Source: Azolla caroliniana
Lineage: Eukaryota; Plantae; Polypodiophyta
Length of the DNA stretch: 64,000 nucleotides
NCBI GenBank assembly: GCA_043228905.1
Contig: JBHGNT010000022.1
Coordinates: forward strand, 8,804,001 to 8,868,000
Reading direction: 5' to 3'
Shown here: positions 61,550 through 64,000 of the stretch, piece by piece
Layout of the letters: each line of letters opens with the position of its first letter
How positions within the stretch are numbered: the stretch's first letter is position 1
The notes under the pieces: generated by a model
Databases searched by the model: none
Told to the model about the DNA's origin: nothing
What the model saw: the letters and a program-made list of their open reading frames with translations, nothing else
Translations under genes and position numbers: made by a program

Positions 61550-64000
61550 ACGACAGTTGCTCCTTTATACTTGGCCCCCACTCGGCCTTTGTGCTCGACA
61601 GTGCCACTGTCAGCTGCTTTTTATTGCTCCATGTGATTGTCGCACTCCCAATGGAGAATGTGGCTGATGTCAATCGGCGATCTGTGGCATCTCCGGCCCA
61701 GTCGACATCAGTGTAGTTGAGTAACAATTTGGCTATGCCGGTGCGATATAGCAACCCACGATCCTTAGTGCCACTGACATTCTTAGTATTTGATGTGCGC
61801 ACTAAAGATGCTCGATTGTTGGCTTATTCATAAATTGGATCATCATGCCGATTGGATAGCTCAAGTCGGGCCAGGTGATCATCAGGTATATAAGGCTACC
61901 GACAATTTTTTGGAATTGTGTTTCATCGCAAGCCGTTCCCAAGCTTCTGGTTTCGGGCAAGAGGAATTGAGATGGATTGGCAATCCGTCATATCAAACTT
62001 GTACAACATATTCAAGACATAATGTTGTTGGGTTAATAATATGCCATCGGGGCTGTGGATCACTTCGATCCCAAGGAATTAATGAAGGTTCCCCATGTCC
62101 TTCATCTCAAATATCTCTGAAAATTGGGACTTGACACGACCACTTTTAGCAAGGTCAGCCCCTGTGATAACCAAGTCATCAACATACAACAATATGCAAA
62201 TCGGGCTTGTCAGACCTTTGCAGATGAACAATGATGAGTCGGCAAGTAAGACCTGCTTGTTTGAGGCCGTACAACGACTTCTTCAATCGACACATTGCCG
62301 ATTTGTTCAGTTCCGACCAAAATCCAGGGGGTAGGACCATATACACTTGTTCTTCAGGATCCCCCTGAAGAAACACATTCTTAATGGCCATCTGGTGGAG
62401 ATGCCATCCCTTTGATGTTGCTACGGCAAGGACCACACGGATTGTTGTCATCTTCACGACCAACGCAAAGGTCTCATCTAATAGATGTCGTGGGTCTACA
62501 CATATCCTTTGCCCATCAATCCGGCCTTGTACCGGTTGACTGAGCTGTCGGCATTGTACTTTACCTTGTACACCCATTTACAACCGATCGGCTTATAGTG
62601 TTTTGGGGGGGTCAACCAAGTCCTGGTGTCATTTGCAGCTAATGCATGCATCTATTCCTCCATGGCCTCTTGTCACTTGGCATCCTATGATGCCTCCACG
62701 AAGCACGCAGGCTGGCGAATTGATGCCACCTTCATCATATACGCATAATGATGCGCCATGTACTCATTATACTCGTATCAGATTATGGGGTTCTTGTGGC
62801 GTGTCAATCAACGCAATTTCTCATTGGTCAAGTTCATGGCCCTCCTGGCTGAATCTGATCTCATCTCAGGAGGTCCACCATCATTGCTCAATGCATTGTC
62901 AGATTCGCTCCGATCCGACATGCTCCCTTTGTTGTCGTTGTCGTAGTGTAACGTATAAAGTAGTACCCGATTCAATAAAAATGAAGAAAGCAAAGAAAGT
63001 ATGAGAATACATGTTACATGCATAGGGCAAGATTTGAACCTTGTACCTCCATTTTAATAATTTGCAACCTTACCATTACACTAACACATCATAAGTATTA
63101 AACAAATAGATATCCCACATATAGAGATGAACTACTTTTACACGTAGATTGCATAAACCTTTAGTTAAAAGAAAACGCATGATCGAGAAAACTATTCATG
63201 CACATCTCACGTACATAAACACTATTATTAGAAGAAAAAAGCAGAATAGGAAAAGTTATTCATGCACATCTAGTGTGCATGAACACTTTACAAAAAGCAT
63301 GATGTTTACCATGTGGTAGACGATACTTAGTCTCTCCCATCACTATATAAAAGGGGGGAGCAATTTGTAATAGGGTTGTTGATTCTTGGGTTTTGATTAC
63401 GATCTATATATTGATTAATATAATACTTGTGGGATTCACAAGTTTTGATCTCTTTTCTCAATCTAGTCTAATCTATTCTAAACAATTTCAATTTATTACT
63501 ATGATTTTAAATATTAAGTTAAACTAGATCACTATATTCGTGGGACTCACGAATTCCTATCTCTCTTTCTTATAATCTATTTATATTCTTATTAGCCTTA
63601 AAACTCTCCTCCTCCAGCGGTTCCCACCCGACTCACACAACGATCCAGTGTCGAAAGGCACGACACTGTATCTTGGCATCTTCTTTTTCCCTTTCTCACA
63701 ATGTGTCAGCTTCTTCGGCTTCTTCTTCGGTGACATCACAACCAAATCTTCTTCGTTTCTTGGTTGTTTCGGCTTGGCTCTTCTATATGCCCACTTAATC
63801 AAAACGAAATTGGACACTCCACCTGAGTGCCAATGTCTTCTTTGATTGAGCCAATTATACTGGCCTCATCTTCCGAATTCGGCTCAGAGCTCACAAGGGT
63901 CGGAAGGGATGGAGCCAAATACCACGATGCTGATTAATCAAAGCCTACATCTTGACTTACTCATACTTCTTTGGTTCAGGGGTTATACCATTTGTACACT
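61550..64000 (-). mobile_element. Degenerate Copia (INT tail, RT, RH), related to the 24371-37989 family; runs off the window
   Basis: GTKDRGLLYR..YTDVDWAGD, KMTTIRVVLAVA, LKKSLYGLKQA, KGKKKM. Confidence 0.85.
62939..63665 (+). mobile_element. Solo LTR, TGTCG-type, inside the Copia
   Basis: TGTCGTAG...GCACGACA; TSD TCGT/CTGT (both one C>T from CCGT); TATATAAAAGG ~63344. Confidence 0.75.

Noticed and set aside
61530-61555. Apparent TGTCGTGATA LTR start on the minus strand
   Set aside because: It reads as Copia RNase H codons (GATVVIC, equivalent to ATVATCE), and no partner end or TSD was found.

Overview
Plant nuclear DNA, most likely from a fern or other seed-free land plant. This is inferred from the PLS-E PPR style, the sushi/Tcn1-like chromoviruses and the retroelement types. 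Four host genes are visible: the 3' end of an AVT6-like amino-acid transporter (+), an intronless PLS-class PPR gene (-), a 4-exon FtsHi3-type inactive FtsH (+) and a CTL/MBR-type RING-H2 E3 ligase (-). The interval from about 10.8 to 42.2 kb is a nested retrotransposon stack: several Copia elements, two Ty3/gypsy chromoviruses, a LINE and many solo LTRs with readable TSDs. The main unexplained patterns are: (1) several dissimilar LTRs each carry a degenerate tRNA-like (Pol III A/B-box) module in U3, always antisense and pointing outward; (2) four TGTCG...GACA solo LTRs have 4-bp CpG-centred target duplications, and three of them clearly share a U5 hairpin; (3) one chromovirus has a Tf1-type self-priming PBS and a -1 frameshift pseudoknot; (4) a very young chromovirus has TG...TA ends and a hairpin-repeat array in its leader. 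All alignments were made by eye.
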